A stretch of DNA of 64,000 nt. It comes from Eledone cirrhosa (taxonomy: Eukaryota). Both the position numbers and the translations under genes were made by a program. Under the pieces are notes generated by a model, which made no database searches, was not told the DNA's origin, and worked only from the letters and a program-made list of their open reading frames with translations. The DNA lies in the NCBI GenBank assembly GCA_964016885.1, contig OZ024742.1:369458001-369522000 (forward strand). Reading direction: 5' to 3'. Of this stretch, positions 11,490 through 26,400 are shown one piece after another (the first letter of the stretch is position 1; every line of letters begins with the position of its first letter).

Positions 11490-14190
11490 TTGTATGATCA
11501 CCATATTATATCTGTTGGCCAGTGATGTCTGGTCTATATACAGTGATATGAGCAACTCTACAGATGTCATGTTCAAATGTTGTATGATCACCATATTATA
11601 TCTGTTGGCCAGTGATGTCTGGTCTATATCCAGTGATATGAGCAACTCTAAAGACCTCATGTTCAATTGTTATATGATCACCATATTATATCTGTTGGCC
11701 AGTGACGTCTGGTCTATATACAGTGTTATGAGCAACTCTACAGATGTCATGTTCAAATGTTGTATGATCACCATATTATATCTGTTGACGAGTGATGTCT
11801 GGTCTATATACAGTGATATGAGCAACTCTACAGATGTCATGTTCAAATGTTGTATGATCACCATTTTATATCTGTTGGCCAGTGATGTCTGGTCTATATA
11901 CAGTGTTATGAGCAACTGTACAGATGTCATGTTCGAATGTTGTATGATCACCATATTATATCTGTTGGCCAGTGATGTCTGGTCTATATACAGTGTTATG
12001 AGCAACTCTACAGATCTCATGTTCAAATGTTGTATGATCACCATATTATATCTGTTGGCCAGTGATGTCTGGTCTATATACAGTGTTATGGGCAACTGTA
12101 CAGATCTCATGTTCAAATGTTGTATGATCACCATATTATATCTGTTGGCCAGTAATGTCTGGTCTATATACAGTGTTATGAGCAACTCTACAGATCTCAT
12201 GTTCAAATGTTGTATGATCACCATATTATATCTGTTGGCCAGTGATGCCTGGTCTATATACAGTGTAATGAGCAACTCTACAGATGTCATGTTCAAATGT
12301 TGTATGATCACCATATTATATCTGTTGGCCAGTGATGTCTGGTCTATATACAGTGTTATGAGCAACTCTACAGATCTCATGTTCAAATGTTGTATGATCA
12401 CCATATTATATCTGTTGGCCAGTGATGCCTGGTCTATATACAGTGTTATGAGCAACTCTACAGATGTCATGTTCAAATGTAGTATGATCACCATATTATA
12501 TCTGTTGGCCATTGATGTCTGGTCTATATAGAGTGTTATGAGCAACTGTACAGATGTCATGTTCAAATGTTGTATGATCACCATATTATATCTGTTGGCC
12601 AGTGATGTCTGGTCTATATACAGTGTTATGAACAACTCTACAGATCTCTTGTTCAAATGTTGTATGATCACCATATTATATCTGTTGGCCAGTGATGTCT
12701 GGTCTATATACAGTGTTATGAGCAACTGTACAGATCTCATGTTCAAATGTTGTATGATCACCATATTATATCTGTTGGCCAGTGATGTCTGGTCTATATA
12801 CAGTGTTATGAGCAACTGTACAGATGTCATGTTCAAATGTTGTATGATCACCATATTATATCTGTTGGCCAGTGATGTCTGGTCTATATACAGTGATATG
12901 AGCAACTCTACAGATGTCATGTTCAAATGTTGTATGATCACCATATTATATCTGTTGGCCAGTGATGTCTGGTCTATATCCAGTGATATGAGCAACTCTA
13001 AAGACCTCATGTTCAATTGTTATATGATCACCATATTATATCTGTTGGCCAGTGACGTCTGGTCTATATACAGTGTTATGAGCAACTCTACAGATGTCAT
13101 GTTCAAATGTTGTATGATCACCATATTATATCTGTTGACGAGTGATGTCTGGTCTATATACAGTGATATGAGCAACTCTACAGATGTCATGTTCAAATGT
13201 TGTATGATCACCATTTTATATCTGTTGGCCAGTGATGTCTGGTCTATATACAGTGTTATGAGCAACTGTACAGATGTCATGTTCGAATGTTGTATGATCA
13301 CCATATTATATCTGTTGGCCAGTGATGTCTGGTCTATATACAGTGTTATGAGCAACTCTACAGATCTCATGTTCAAATGTTGTATGATCACCATATTATA
13401 TCTGTTGGCCAGTGATGTCTGGTCTATATACAGTGTTATGGGCAACTGTACAGATCTCATGTTCAAATGTTGTATGATCACCATATTATATCTGTTGGCC
13501 AGTAATGTCTGGTCTATATACAGTGTTATGAGCAACTCTACAGATCTCATGTTCAAATGTTGTATGATCACCATATTATATCTGTTGGCCAGTGATGCCT
13601 GGTCTATATACAGTGTAATGAGCAACTCTACAGATGTCATGTTCAAATGTTGTATGATCACCATATTATATCTGTTGGCCAGTGATGTCTGGTCTATATA
13701 CAGTGTTATGAGCAACTCTACAGATCTCATGTTCAAATGTTGTATGATCACCATATTATATCTGTTGGCCAGTGATGCCTGGTCTATATACAGTGTTATG
13801 AGCAACTCTACAGATGTCATGTTCAAATGTAGTATGATCACCATATTATATCTGTTGGCCATTGATGTCTGGTCTATATAGAGTGTTATGAGCAACTGTA
13901 CAGATGTCATGTTCAAATGTTGTATGATCACCATATTATATCTGTTGGCCAGTGATGTCTGGTCTATATACAGTGTTATGAACAACTCTACAGATCTCTT
14001 GTTCAAATGTTGTATGATCACCATATTATATCTGTTGGCCAGTGATGTCTGGTCTATATACAGTGTTATGAGCAACTGTACAGATCTCATGTTCAAATGT
14101 TGTATGATCACCATATTATATCTGTTGGCCAGTGATGTCTGGTCTATATACAGTGTTATGAGCAACTGTACAGATGTCATGTTCAAATGT
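11490..14190. repeat. Tandem duplication of a 15-monomer (1350-bp) unit
   Basis: Rare variants GTTGACG (11790/13140) and CCATTTTATA (11861/13211), plus TAG stops at 12531/13881. Confidence 0.92.
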
Positions 14191-17100
14191 TGTATGATCA
14201 CCATGTTATATCTGTTGGCCAGTGATATCTGGTCTATATCCAGTGTTATGAGCAACTGTACAGATCTCATGTTCAAATGTTGTATGATCACCATATTATA
14301 TCTGTTGGCCAGTGATGTCTGGTCTATATACAGTGTTATGAGCAACTGTACAGATGTCATGTTCAAATGTTGTATGATCACCATGTTATATCTGTTGGCC
14401 AGTGATATCTGGTCTATATCCAGTGTTATGAGCAACTGTACAGATCTCATGTTCAAATGTTGTATGATCACCATATTATATCTGTTGGCCAGTGATGTCT
14501 GGTCTATATACAGTGTTATGAGCAACTGTACAGATGTCATGTTCAAATGTTGTATGATCACCATGTTATATCTGTTGGCCAGTGATATCTGGTCTATATC
14601 CAGTGTTATGAGCAACTGTACAGATCTCATGTTCAAATGTTGTATGATCACCATATTATATCTGTTGGCCAGTGATGTCTGGTCTATATACAGTGTTATG
14701 AGCAACTGTACAGATGTCATGTTCAAATGTTGTATGATCACCATGTTATATCTGTTGGCCAGTGATATCTGGTCTATATCCAGTGTTATGAGCAACTGTA
14801 CAGATCTCATGTTCAAATGTTGTATGATCACCATATTATATCTGTTGGCCAGTGATGTCTGGTCTATATACAGTGTTATGAGCAACTCTACAGATGTCAT
14901 GTTGAAATGTTGTATGATCACCATATTATATCTGTTGGCCAGTGATGTCTGGTCTATATACAGTGTTATGAGCAACTCTACAGATGTCATGTTGAAATGT
15001 TGTATGATCACCATATTATATCTGTTGGCCAGTGATATCTGGTCTATATACAGTGATATGAGCAACTGTACAGATGTCATGTTCAAATGTTGTATGATCA
15101 CCATATTATATCTGTTGGCCAGTGATGTCTGGTCTATATACAGTGTTATGAGCAACTGTACAGATGTCATGTTCAAATGTTGTATGATCACCATATTATA
15201 TCTGTTGGCCAGTGATATCTGGTCTATATACAGTGATATGAGCAACTGTACAGATGTCATGTTCAAATGTTGTATGATCACCATATTATATCTGTTGGCC
15301 AGTGATATCTGGTCTATATACAGTGATATGAGCAACTGTACAGATCACTTGTTCAAATGTTGTATGATCACCATATTATATCTGTTGGCCAGTGATGTCT
15401 GGTCTATATACAGTGATATGAGCAACTCTACAGATGTCATGTTCAAATGTTGTATGATCACCATATTATATCTGTTGGCCAGTGATGTCTGGTCTATATC
15501 CAGTGATATGAGCAACTCTAAAGACCTCATGTTCAATTGTTATATGATCACCATATTATATCTGTTGGCCAGTGACGTCTGGTCTATATACAGTGTTATG
15601 AGCAACTCTACAGATGTCATGTTCAAATGTTGTATGATCACCATATTATATCTGTTGACCAGTGATGTCTGGTCTATATACAGTGATATGAGCAACTCTA
15701 CAGATGTCATGTTCAAATGTTGTATGATCACCATATTATATCTGTTGGCCAGTGATGTCTGGTCTATATACAGTGTTATGAGCAACTGTACAGATGTCAT
15801 GTTCGAATGTTGTATGATCACCATATTATATCTGTTGGCCAGTGATGTCTGGTCTATATACAGTGTTATGAGCAACTCTACAGATCTCATGTTCAAATGT
15901 TGTATGATCACCATATTATATCTGTTGGCCAGTGATGTCTGGTCTATATACAGTGTTATGGGCAACTGTACAGATCTCATGTTCAAATGTTGTATGATCA
16001 CCATATTATATCTGTTGGCCAGTAATGTCTGGTCTATATACAGTGTTATGAGCAACTCTACAGATCTCATGTTCAAATGTTGTATGATCACCATATTATA
16101 TCTGTTGGCCAGTGATGCCTGGTCTATATACAGTGTAATGAGCAACTCTACAGATGTCATGTTCAAATGTTGTATGATCACCATATTATATCTGTTGGCC
16201 AGTGATGTCTGGTCTATATACAGTGTTATGAGCAACTCTACAGATCTCATGTTCAAATGTTGTATGATCACCATATTATATCTGTTGGCCAGTGATGCCT
16301 GGTCTATATACAGTGTTATGAGCAACTCTACAGATGTCATGTTCAAATGTAGTATGATCACCATATTATATCTGTTGGCCATTGATGTCTGGTCTATATA
16401 GAGTGTTATGAGCAACTGTACAGATGTCATGTTCAAATGTTGTGTGATCACCATATTATATCTGTTGGCCAGTGATGTCTGGTCTATATACAGTGTTATG
16501 AACAACTCTACAGATCTCTTGTTCAAATGTTGTATGATCACCATATTATATCTGTTGGCCAGTGATGTCTGGTCTATATACAGTGTTATGAGCAACTGTA
16601 CAGATCTCATGTTCAAATGTTGTATGATCACCATATTATATCTGTTGGCCAGTGATGTCTGGTCTATATACAGTGTTATGAGCAACTGTACAGATGTCAT
16701 GTTCAAATGTTGTATGATCACCATGTTATATCTGTTGGCCAGTGATATCTGGTCTATATCCAGTGTTATGAGCAACTGTACAGATCTCATGTTCAAATGT
16801 TGTATGATCACCATATTATATCTGTTGGCCAGTGATGTCTGGTCTATATACAGTGTTATGAGCAACTGTACAGATGTCATGTTCAAATGTTGTATGATCA
16901 CCATGTTATATCTGTTGGCCAGTGATATCTGGTCTATATCCAGTGTTATGAGCAACTGTACAGATCTCATGTTCAAATGTTGTATGATCACCATATTATA
17001 TCTGTTGGCCAGTGATGTCTGGTCTATATACAGTGTTATGAGCAACTGTACAGATGTCATGTTCAAATGTTGTATGATCACCATGTTATATCTGTTGGCC

Positions 17101-17420
17101 AGTGATATCTGGTCTATATCCAGTGTTATGAGCAACTGTACAGATCTCATGTTCAAATGTTGTATGATCACCATATTATATCTGTTGGCCAGTGATGTCT
17201 GGTCTATATACAGTGTTATGAGCAACTGTACAGATGTCATGTTCAAATGTTGTATGATCACCATGTTATATCTGTTGGCCAGTGATATCTGGTCTATATC
17301 CAGTGTTATGAGCAACTGTACAGATCTCATGTTCAAATGTTGTATGATCACCATATTATATCTGTTGGCCAGTGATGTCTGGTCTATATACAGTGTTATG
17401 AGCAACTCTACAGATGTCAT
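12950..17420. repeat. 28-monomer (2520-bp) periodicity; the same period recurs at ~34.2-37.9 kb and ~38.9-41.8 kb
   Basis: The TGTAGTATG...GGCCATTG...ATATAGAG monomer ends in TAG at 13881/16401, 34400/36920 and 39260/41780. The dimer x4 cassette starts at 14158/16678. Confidence 0.88.
14158..14877. repeat. 180-bp dimer x4 cassette (first of seven: 14158, 16678, 34677, 37197, 39537, 41967, 48446)
   Basis: Monomer A (CCATGTTATA...GATATCTGG...CTATATCCAG) alternates with monomer B (ACAGATCTCATG) exactly four times at each site. Confidence 0.93.
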
Positions 17421-20400
17421 GTTGAAATGTTGTATGATCACCATATTATATCTGTTGGCCAGTGATGTCTGGTCTATATACAGTGATATGAGCAACTCTA
17501 CAGATGTCATGTTCAAATGTTGTATGATCACCATATTATATCTGTTGGCCAGTGATGTCTGGTCTATATACAGTGTTATGAGCAACTCTACAGATGTCAT
17601 GTTGAAATGTTGTATGATCACCATATTATATCTGTTGGCCAGTGATGACTGGTCTATATACAGTGTTATGAACAACTCTACAGATCTCTTGTTCAAATGT
17701 TGTATGATCACCATATTATATCTGTTGGCCAGTGATGTCTGGTCTATATACAGTGTTATGAGCAACTCTACAGATGTCATGTTGAAATGTTGTATGATCA
17801 CCATATTATATCTGTTGGCCAGTGATATCTGGTCTATATACAGTGATATGAGCAACTGTACAGATGTCATGTTCAAATGTTGTATGATCACCATATTGTA
17901 TCTGTTGGCCAGTGATATCTGGTCTATATAGAGTGATATGAGCAACTCTAAAGATGTCATGTTCAAATGTTGTATGATCACCATATTATATCTGTTGGCC
18001 AGTGATGTTTGGTCTATATACAGTGTTATGAGCAACTCTAAAGATGTCATGTTCAAATGTTGTATGATCACCATATTATATCTGTTGGCCAGTGATGTCT
18101 GGTCTATATACAGTGATATGAGCAACTCTAAAGACCTCATGTTCAATGGTTATATGATCACCATATTATATCTGTTGGCCAGTGATGTCTGGTCTATATA
18201 CAGTGTTATGAGCAACTCTACAGATGTCATGTTCAAATGTTGTATGATCACCATATTATATCTGTTGACCAGTGATGTCTGGTCTATATACAGTGATATG
18301 AGCAACTCTACAGATGTCATGTTCAAATGTTGTATGATCACCATATTATATCTGTTGGCCAGTGATGTCTGGTCTATATACAGTGTTATGAGCAACTCTA
18401 CAGATCTCATGTTCAAATGTTGTATGATCACCATATTATATCTGTTGGCCAGTGATGTCTGGTCTATATACAGTGTTATGAGCAACTGTACAGATGTCAT
18501 GTTCAAATGTTGTATGATCACCATATTATATCTGTTGGCCAGTGATATCTGGTCTATATACAGTGTTATGAACAACTCTACAGATCTCTTGTTCAAATGT
18601 TGTATGATCACCATATTATATCTGTTGGCCAGTGATGTCTGGTCTATATACAGTGTTATGAGCAACTGTACAGATCTCATGTTCAAATGTTGTATGATCA
18701 CCATATTATATCTGTTGGCCAGTGATGTCTGGTCTATATACAGTGTTATGAGCAACTGTACAGATGTCATGTTCAAATGTTGTATGAACACCATGTTATA
18801 TCTGTTGGCCAGTGATATCTGGTCTATATCCAGTGTTATGAGCAACTGTACAGATCTCATGTTCAAATGTTGTATGATCACCATATTATATCTGTTGGCC
18901 AGTGATGTCTGGTCTATATACAGTGTTATGAGCAACTCTACAGATGTCATGTTGAAATGTTGTATGATCACCATATTATATCTGTTGGCCAGTGATGTCT
19001 GGTCTATATACAGTGATATGAGCAACTCTACAGATGTCATGTTCAAATGTTGTATGATCACCATATTATATCTGTTGGCCAGTGATGTCTGGTCTATATA
19101 CAGTGTTATGAACAACTCTACAGATCTTTTGTTCAAATGTTGTATGATCACCATATTATATCTGTTGGCCAGTGATGTCTGGTCTATATACAGTGTTATG
19201 AGCAACTCTACAGATGTCATGTTGAAATGTTGTATGATCACCATATTATATCTGTTGGCCAGTGATATCTGGTCTATATACAGTGATATGAGCAACTGTA
19301 CAGATGTCATGTTCAAATGTTGTATGATCACCATATTATATCTGTTGGCCAGTGATATCTGGTCTATATACAGTGATATGAGCAACTGTACAGATCACTT
19401 GTTCAAATGTTGTATGATCACCATATTATATCTGTTGGCCAGTGATGTTTGTTCTATATACAGTGTTATGAGCAACTCTAAAGATGTCATGTTCAAATGT
19501 TGTATGATCACCATATTATATCTGTTGGCCAGTGATGTCTGGTCTATATACAGTGATATGAGCAACTCTAAAGACCTCATGTTCAATTGTTATATGATCA
19601 CCATATTATATCTGTTGGCCAGTGATGTCTGGTCTATATACAGTGTTATGAGCAACTCTACAGATCTCATGTTCAAATGTTGTATGATCACCATATTATA
19701 TCTGTTGGCCAGTGATGTCTGGTCTATATACAGTGTTATGAGCAACTGTACAGATGTCATGTTCGAATGTTGTATGATCACCATATTATATCTGTTGGCC
19801 AGTGATGTCTGGTCTATATACAGTGTTATGAGCAACTCTACAGATCTCATGTTCAAATGTTGTATGATCACCATATTATATCTGTTGGCCAGTGAGGTCT
19901 GGTCTATATACAGTGTTATGGGCAACTGTACAGATCTCATGTTCAAATGTTGTATGATCACCATATTATATCTGTTGGCCAGTGATGTCTGGTCTATATA
20001 CAGTGTTATGAGCAACTCTACAGATCTCATGTTCAAATGTTGTATGATCACCATATTATATCTGTTGGCCAGTGATGCCTGGTCTATATACAGTGTAATG
20101 AGCAACTCTACAGATGTCATGTTCAAATGTTGTATGATCACCATATTATATCTGTTGGCCAGTGATGTCTGGTCTATATACAGTGTTATGAGCAACTCTA
20201 CAGATCTCATGTTCAAATGTTGTATGATCACCATATTATATCTGTTGGCCAGTGATGCCTGGTCTATATACAGTGTTATGAGCAACTCTACAGATGTCAT
20301 GTTCAAATGTAGTATGATCACCATATTATATCTGTTGGCCATTGATGTCTGGTCTATATAGAGTGTTATGAGCAACTGTACAGATGTCATGTTCAAATGT

Positions 20401-23400
20401 TGTATGATCACCATATTATATCTGTTGGCCAGTGATGTCTGGTCTATATACAGTGTTATGAACAACTCTACAGATCTCTTGTTCAAATGTTGTATGATCA
20501 CCATATTATATCTGTTGGCCAGTGATGTCTGGTCTATATACAGTGTTATGAGCAACTCTACAGATCGCATGTTCAAATGTTGTATGATCACCATATTATA
20601 TCTGTTGGCCAGTGATGTCTGGTCTATATACAGTGTTATGAGCAACTGTACAGATGTCATGTTCAAATGGTATATGATCACCATATTATATCTGTTGGCC
20701 AGTGATGTCTGGTCTATATACAGTGTTATGAGCAACTCTACAGATCTCATGTTCAAATGTTGTATGATCACCATATTATATCTGTTGGCCAGTGATGTCT
20801 GGTCTATATACAGTGTTATGAGCAACTCTACAGATATCTTGTTCAAATGTTGTATGATCACCATATTATATCTGTTGGCCAGTGATGTTTGGTCTATATA
20901 CAGTGTTATGAGCAACTCTACAGATCTCATGTTCAAATGTTGTATGATCACCATATTATATCTGTTGGCCAGTGATGTCTGGTCTATATACAGTGTTATG
21001 AGCAACTCTACAGATATCTTGTTCAAATGTTGTATGATCACCATATTATATCTGTTGGCCAGTGATGTTTGGTCTATATACAGTGTTATGAGCAACTGTA
21101 CATATGTCATGTTCAAATGTTGTATGATCACCATATTATATCTGTTGGCCAGTGATGTCTGGTCTACGTACAGTGTTATGAGCAACTGTACAGATGTCAT
21201 GTTCAAATGTTGTATGATCACCATATTATATCTGTTGGCCAGTGATATCTGGTCTATATACAGTGATATGAGCAACTCTACAGATGTCATGTTCAAATGT
21301 TGTATGATCGCAATATTATATCTGTTGGCCAGTGATGTCTGGTCTATATACAGTGTTATGAGCAACTCTACAGATGTCATGTTCAAATGTTGTATGATCA
21401 CCATATTATATCTGTTGACCAGTGATGTCTGGTCTATATACAGTGATATGAGCAACTCTACAGATGTCATGTTCAAATGTTGTATGATCACCATATTATA
21501 TCTGTTGGCCAGTGATGTCTGGTCTATATACAGTGTTATGAGCAACTCTAAAGACCTCATGTTCAAATGTTATATGATCACCATATTATATCTGTTGGCC
21601 AGTGATGTCTGGTCTATATACAGTGATATGAGCAACTGTACAGATGTCATGTTCAAATGTTGTATGATCACCATATTATATCTGTTGGCCAGTATGTCTG
21701 GTCTATATACAGTGTTATGAGCAACTCTACAGATCTCATGTTCAAATGTTGTATGAAAACCATATTATATCTGTTGGCCAGTGATGTCTGGTCTATATAC
21801 AGTGTTATGAGCAACTGTACAAATGTCATGTTCAAATGTTGTATGATCACCATATTATATCTCTTGGCCAGTGATGTTTGGTCTATATACAGTGTTATTA
21901 GCAACTGTACAGATGTCATGTTCAAATGTTGTATGATCACCATATTATATCTGTTGGCCAGTGATGTCTGGTCTATATACAGTGTTATGAGCAACTGTAC
22001 AAATGTCATGTTCAAATGTTGTATGATCACCATATTATATCTCTTGGCCAGTGATGTTTGGTCTATATACAGTGTTATTAGCAACTGTACAGATGTCATG
22101 TTCAAATGTTGTATGATCACCATATTATATCTGTTGGCCAGTGATGTCTGGTCTATATACAGTGTTATGAGCAACTCTACAGATCGCATGTTCAAATGTT
22201 GTATGATCACCATATTATATCTGTTGGCCAGTGATGTCTGGTCTATATACAGTGTTATGAGCAACTCTACAGATCTCTTGTTCAAATCTTGTATGATCAC
22301 CATATTATATCTGTTGGCCAGTGATGTCTGGTCTATATACAGTGTTATGAGCAACTGTACATATGTCATGTTCAAATGTTGTATGATCACCATATTATGT
22401 CTGTTGGCCAGTGATGTCTGGTCTATATACAGTGTTATGAGCAACTCTACAGATGTCATGTTCAAATGTTGTATGATCACCATAATATATATATTGGCCA
22501 GTGATGTCTGGTCTATATACAGTGTTATGAGCAACTCTACAGATCGCATGTTCAAATGTTGTATGATCACCATATTATATCTGTTGGCCAGTGATGTCTG
22601 GTCTATATACAGTGTTATGAGCAACTCTACAGATGTCATGTTCAAATGTTGTATGATCACCATAATATATATATTGGCCAGTGATGTCTGGTCTATATAC
22701 AGTGTTATGAGCAACTCTACAGATCGCATGTTCAAATGTTGTATGATCACCATATTATATCTGTTGGCCAGTGATGTCTGGTCTATATACAGTGTTATGA
22801 GCAACTCTACAGATCTCATGTTCAATTGTTGTATGATCACCATATTATATCTGTTGGCCAGTGATGTCTGGTCTATATACAGTGTTATGAGCAACTGTAC
22901 AGATGTCATGTTCAAATGTTGTATGATCACCATATTATATCTGTTGGCCAGTGATGTCTGGTTTATATACAGTGTTATGAACAACTCTACAGATCTCTTG
23001 TTCAAATGTTGTATGATCACCATATTATATCTGTTGGCCAGTGATGTCTGGTCTATATACAGTGTTATGAGCAACTGTACAGATGTCATGTTCAAATGTT
23101 GTATGATCACCATATTATATCTGTTGGCCAGTGATGTCTGGTCTATATACAGTGTTATGAGCAACTGTACAGATGTCATGTTCAAATGTTGTATGATCAC
23201 CATATTATATCTGTTGGCCAGTGATGTCTGGTCTATATACAGTGTTATGAGCAACTCTAAAGATGTCATGTTCAAATGTTGTATGATCACCATATTATAT
23301 CTGTTGGCCAGTGATGTCTGGTCTATATACAGTGTTATGAGCAACTCTACAGATGTCATGTTCAAATGTTGTATGATCACCATAGTATATCTGTTAGCCA

Positions 23401-26400
23401 GTGATATCTGGTCTATATACAGTGTTATGAGCAACTGTACAGATGTCATGTTCAAATGTTGTATGATCGCAATATTATATCTGTTGGCCAGTGATGTCTG
23501 GTCTATATAGAGTGTTATGAGCAACTCTACAGATCTCATGTTCAAATGTTGTATGATCACCATATTATATCTGTTGGCCAGTGATATCTGGTCTATATAC
23601 AGTGTTATGAGCAACTCTAAAGATGTCATGTTCAAATGTTGTATGATCACCATATTATATCTGTTGGCCAGTGATGTCTGGTCTATATACAGTGTTATGA
23701 GCAACTCTACAGATCTCTTGTTCAAATGTTGTATGATCACCATATTATATCTGTTGGCCAGTGATGTCTGGTCTATATACAGTGTTATGAGCAACTGTAC
23801 AGATCTCATGTTCAAATGTTGTATGATCACCATATTATATCTGTTGGCCAGTGATGTCTGGTCTATATACAGTGTTATGAGCAACTGTACAGATCTCATG
23901 TTCAAATGTTGTATGATCACCATATTATATCTGTTGGCCAGTGATGTCTGGTCTATATACAGTGTTATGAGCAACTGTACAGATGTCATGTTCAAATGTT
24001 GTATGGTCACCATATTATATCTGTTGGCCAGTGATGTCTGGTCTATATGAAGTGTTATGAGCAACTGTACAGATGTCATGTTCAAATGTTGTATGATCAC
24101 CATATCATATCTGTTGGCCAGTGATGTCTGGTCTATATACAGTGATATGAGCAACTGTACAGATGTCATGTTTAAATGTTGTATGATCACCATATTATAT
24201 CTGTTGGCCAGTGATGTCTGGTCTATATACAGTGTTATGAGCAACTGTACATATGTCATGTTCAAATGTTGTATGATCGCAATATTATATCTGTTGGCCA
24301 GTGATGTCTGGTCTATATACAGTGATATGAGCAACTCTACAGATGTCATGTTCAAATGTTGTATGATCACCATATTATATCTGTTGGCCAGTGATGTCTG
24401 GTCTATATACAGTGTTATGAGCAACTGTACAGATGTCATGTTCAGATGTTGTATGATCACCATATTATATCTGTTGGCCAGTGATGTCTGGTCTATATAC
24501 AGTGTTATGAGCAACTGTACAGATGTCATGTTCAGATGTTGTATGATCGCCATATTATATCTGTTGGCCAGTGATGTCTGGTCTATATACAGTGTTATGA
24601 GCAACTCTAAAGATGTCATGTTCCAATGTTGTATGATCACCATATTATATCTGTTGGCCAGTGATGCCTGGTCTATATACAGTGTTATGAGCAACTCTAC
24701 AGATCTCATGTTCAAATGTTGTATGATCACCATATTATATCTGTTGGCCAGTGATGCCTGGTCTATATACAGTGTTATGAGCAACTCTACAGATCTCTTG
24801 TTCAAATGTTGTATGATCACCATATTATATCTGTTGGCCAGTGATGCCTGGTCTATATACAGTAATATGAGCAACTCTACAGATGTCATGTTCAAATGTT
24901 GTATGATCACCATATTATATCTGTTGGCCAGTGATGTCTGGTCTATATACAGTGTTATGAGCAACTGTACAGATGTCATGTTCAAATGTTGTATGATCGC
25001 AATATTATATCTGTTGGCCAGTGATGTCTGGTCTATATACAGTGTTATGAGCAACTGTACAGATGTCATGTTCAAATGTTGTATGATCACCATATTATAT
25101 CTGTTGGCCAGTGATGCCTGGTCTATATACAGTGTTATGAGCAACTCTACAGATCTCTTGTTCAAATGTTGTATGATCACCATATTATATCTGTTGGCCA
25201 GTGATGTCTGGTCTATATACAGTGTTATGAGCAACTGTACAGATGTCATGTTCAAATGTTGTATGATCACCATATTATATCTGTTGGCCAGTGATGTCTG
25301 GTCTATATACAGTAATATGAGCAACTCTACAGATGTCATGTTCAAATGTTGTATGATCACCATATTATATCTGTTGGCCAGTGATGTCTGGTCTATATAC
25401 AGTGTTATGAGCAACTGTACAGATGTCATGTTCAAATGTTGTATGATCGCAATATTATATCTGTTGGCCAGTGATGTCTGGTCTATATAGAGTGTTATGA
25501 GCAACTGTACAGATGTCATGTTCAAATGTTGTATGATCACCATATTATATCTGTTGGCCAGTGATGTCTGGTCTATATACAGTGATATGAGCAACTCTAC
25601 AGATCTCATGTTCAAATGTTGTATGATCACCATATTATATCTGTTGGCCAGTGATGTCTGGTCTATATACAGTGTTATGAGCAACTGTACAGATGTCATG
25701 TTCAAATGTTGTATGATCACCATATTATATCTGTTGGCCAGTGATATCTGGTCTATATACAGTGTTATGAGCAACTGTACAGATGTCATGTTCAGATGTT
25801 GTATGATCACCATATTATATCTGTTGGCCAGTGATGTCTGGTCTATATACAGTGTTATGAGCAACTGTACAGATGTCATGTTCAAATGTTGTATGATCAC
25901 CATATTATATCTGTTGGCCAGTGATATCTGGTTTATATACACTGTTATGAGCAACTCTACAGATCTCATGTTCAAATGTTATATGATCACCATATTATAT
26001 CTGTTGGCCAGTGATATCTGGTCTATATACACTGTTATGAGCAACTGTACAGATGTCATGTTCAAATGTTATATGATCACCATATTATATCTGTTGGCCA
26101 GTGATATCTGGTCTATATACAGTGTTATGAGCAACTCTACAGATCTCTTGTTCAAATGTTGTATGATCACCATATTATATCTGTTGGCCAGTGATGTCTG
26201 GTCTATATACAGTGTTATGAGCTACTCTAAAGATGTCATGTTCAGATGTTGTATGATAACCATATTATATCTGTTGGCAAGTGATGTCTGGTCTATATAC
26301 AGTGTTATGAGCTACTCTAAAGATGTCATGTTCAGATGTTGTATGATAACCATATTATATCTGTTGGCCAGTGATGTCTGGTCTATATACAGTGTTATGA

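Noticed and set aside
11931-11948. CENP-B box at the TTCGAATG variant
   Set aside because: It has TTCG but lacks the downstream A and CGGG of the NTTCGNNNNANNCGGGN motif, and it is a minority variant.
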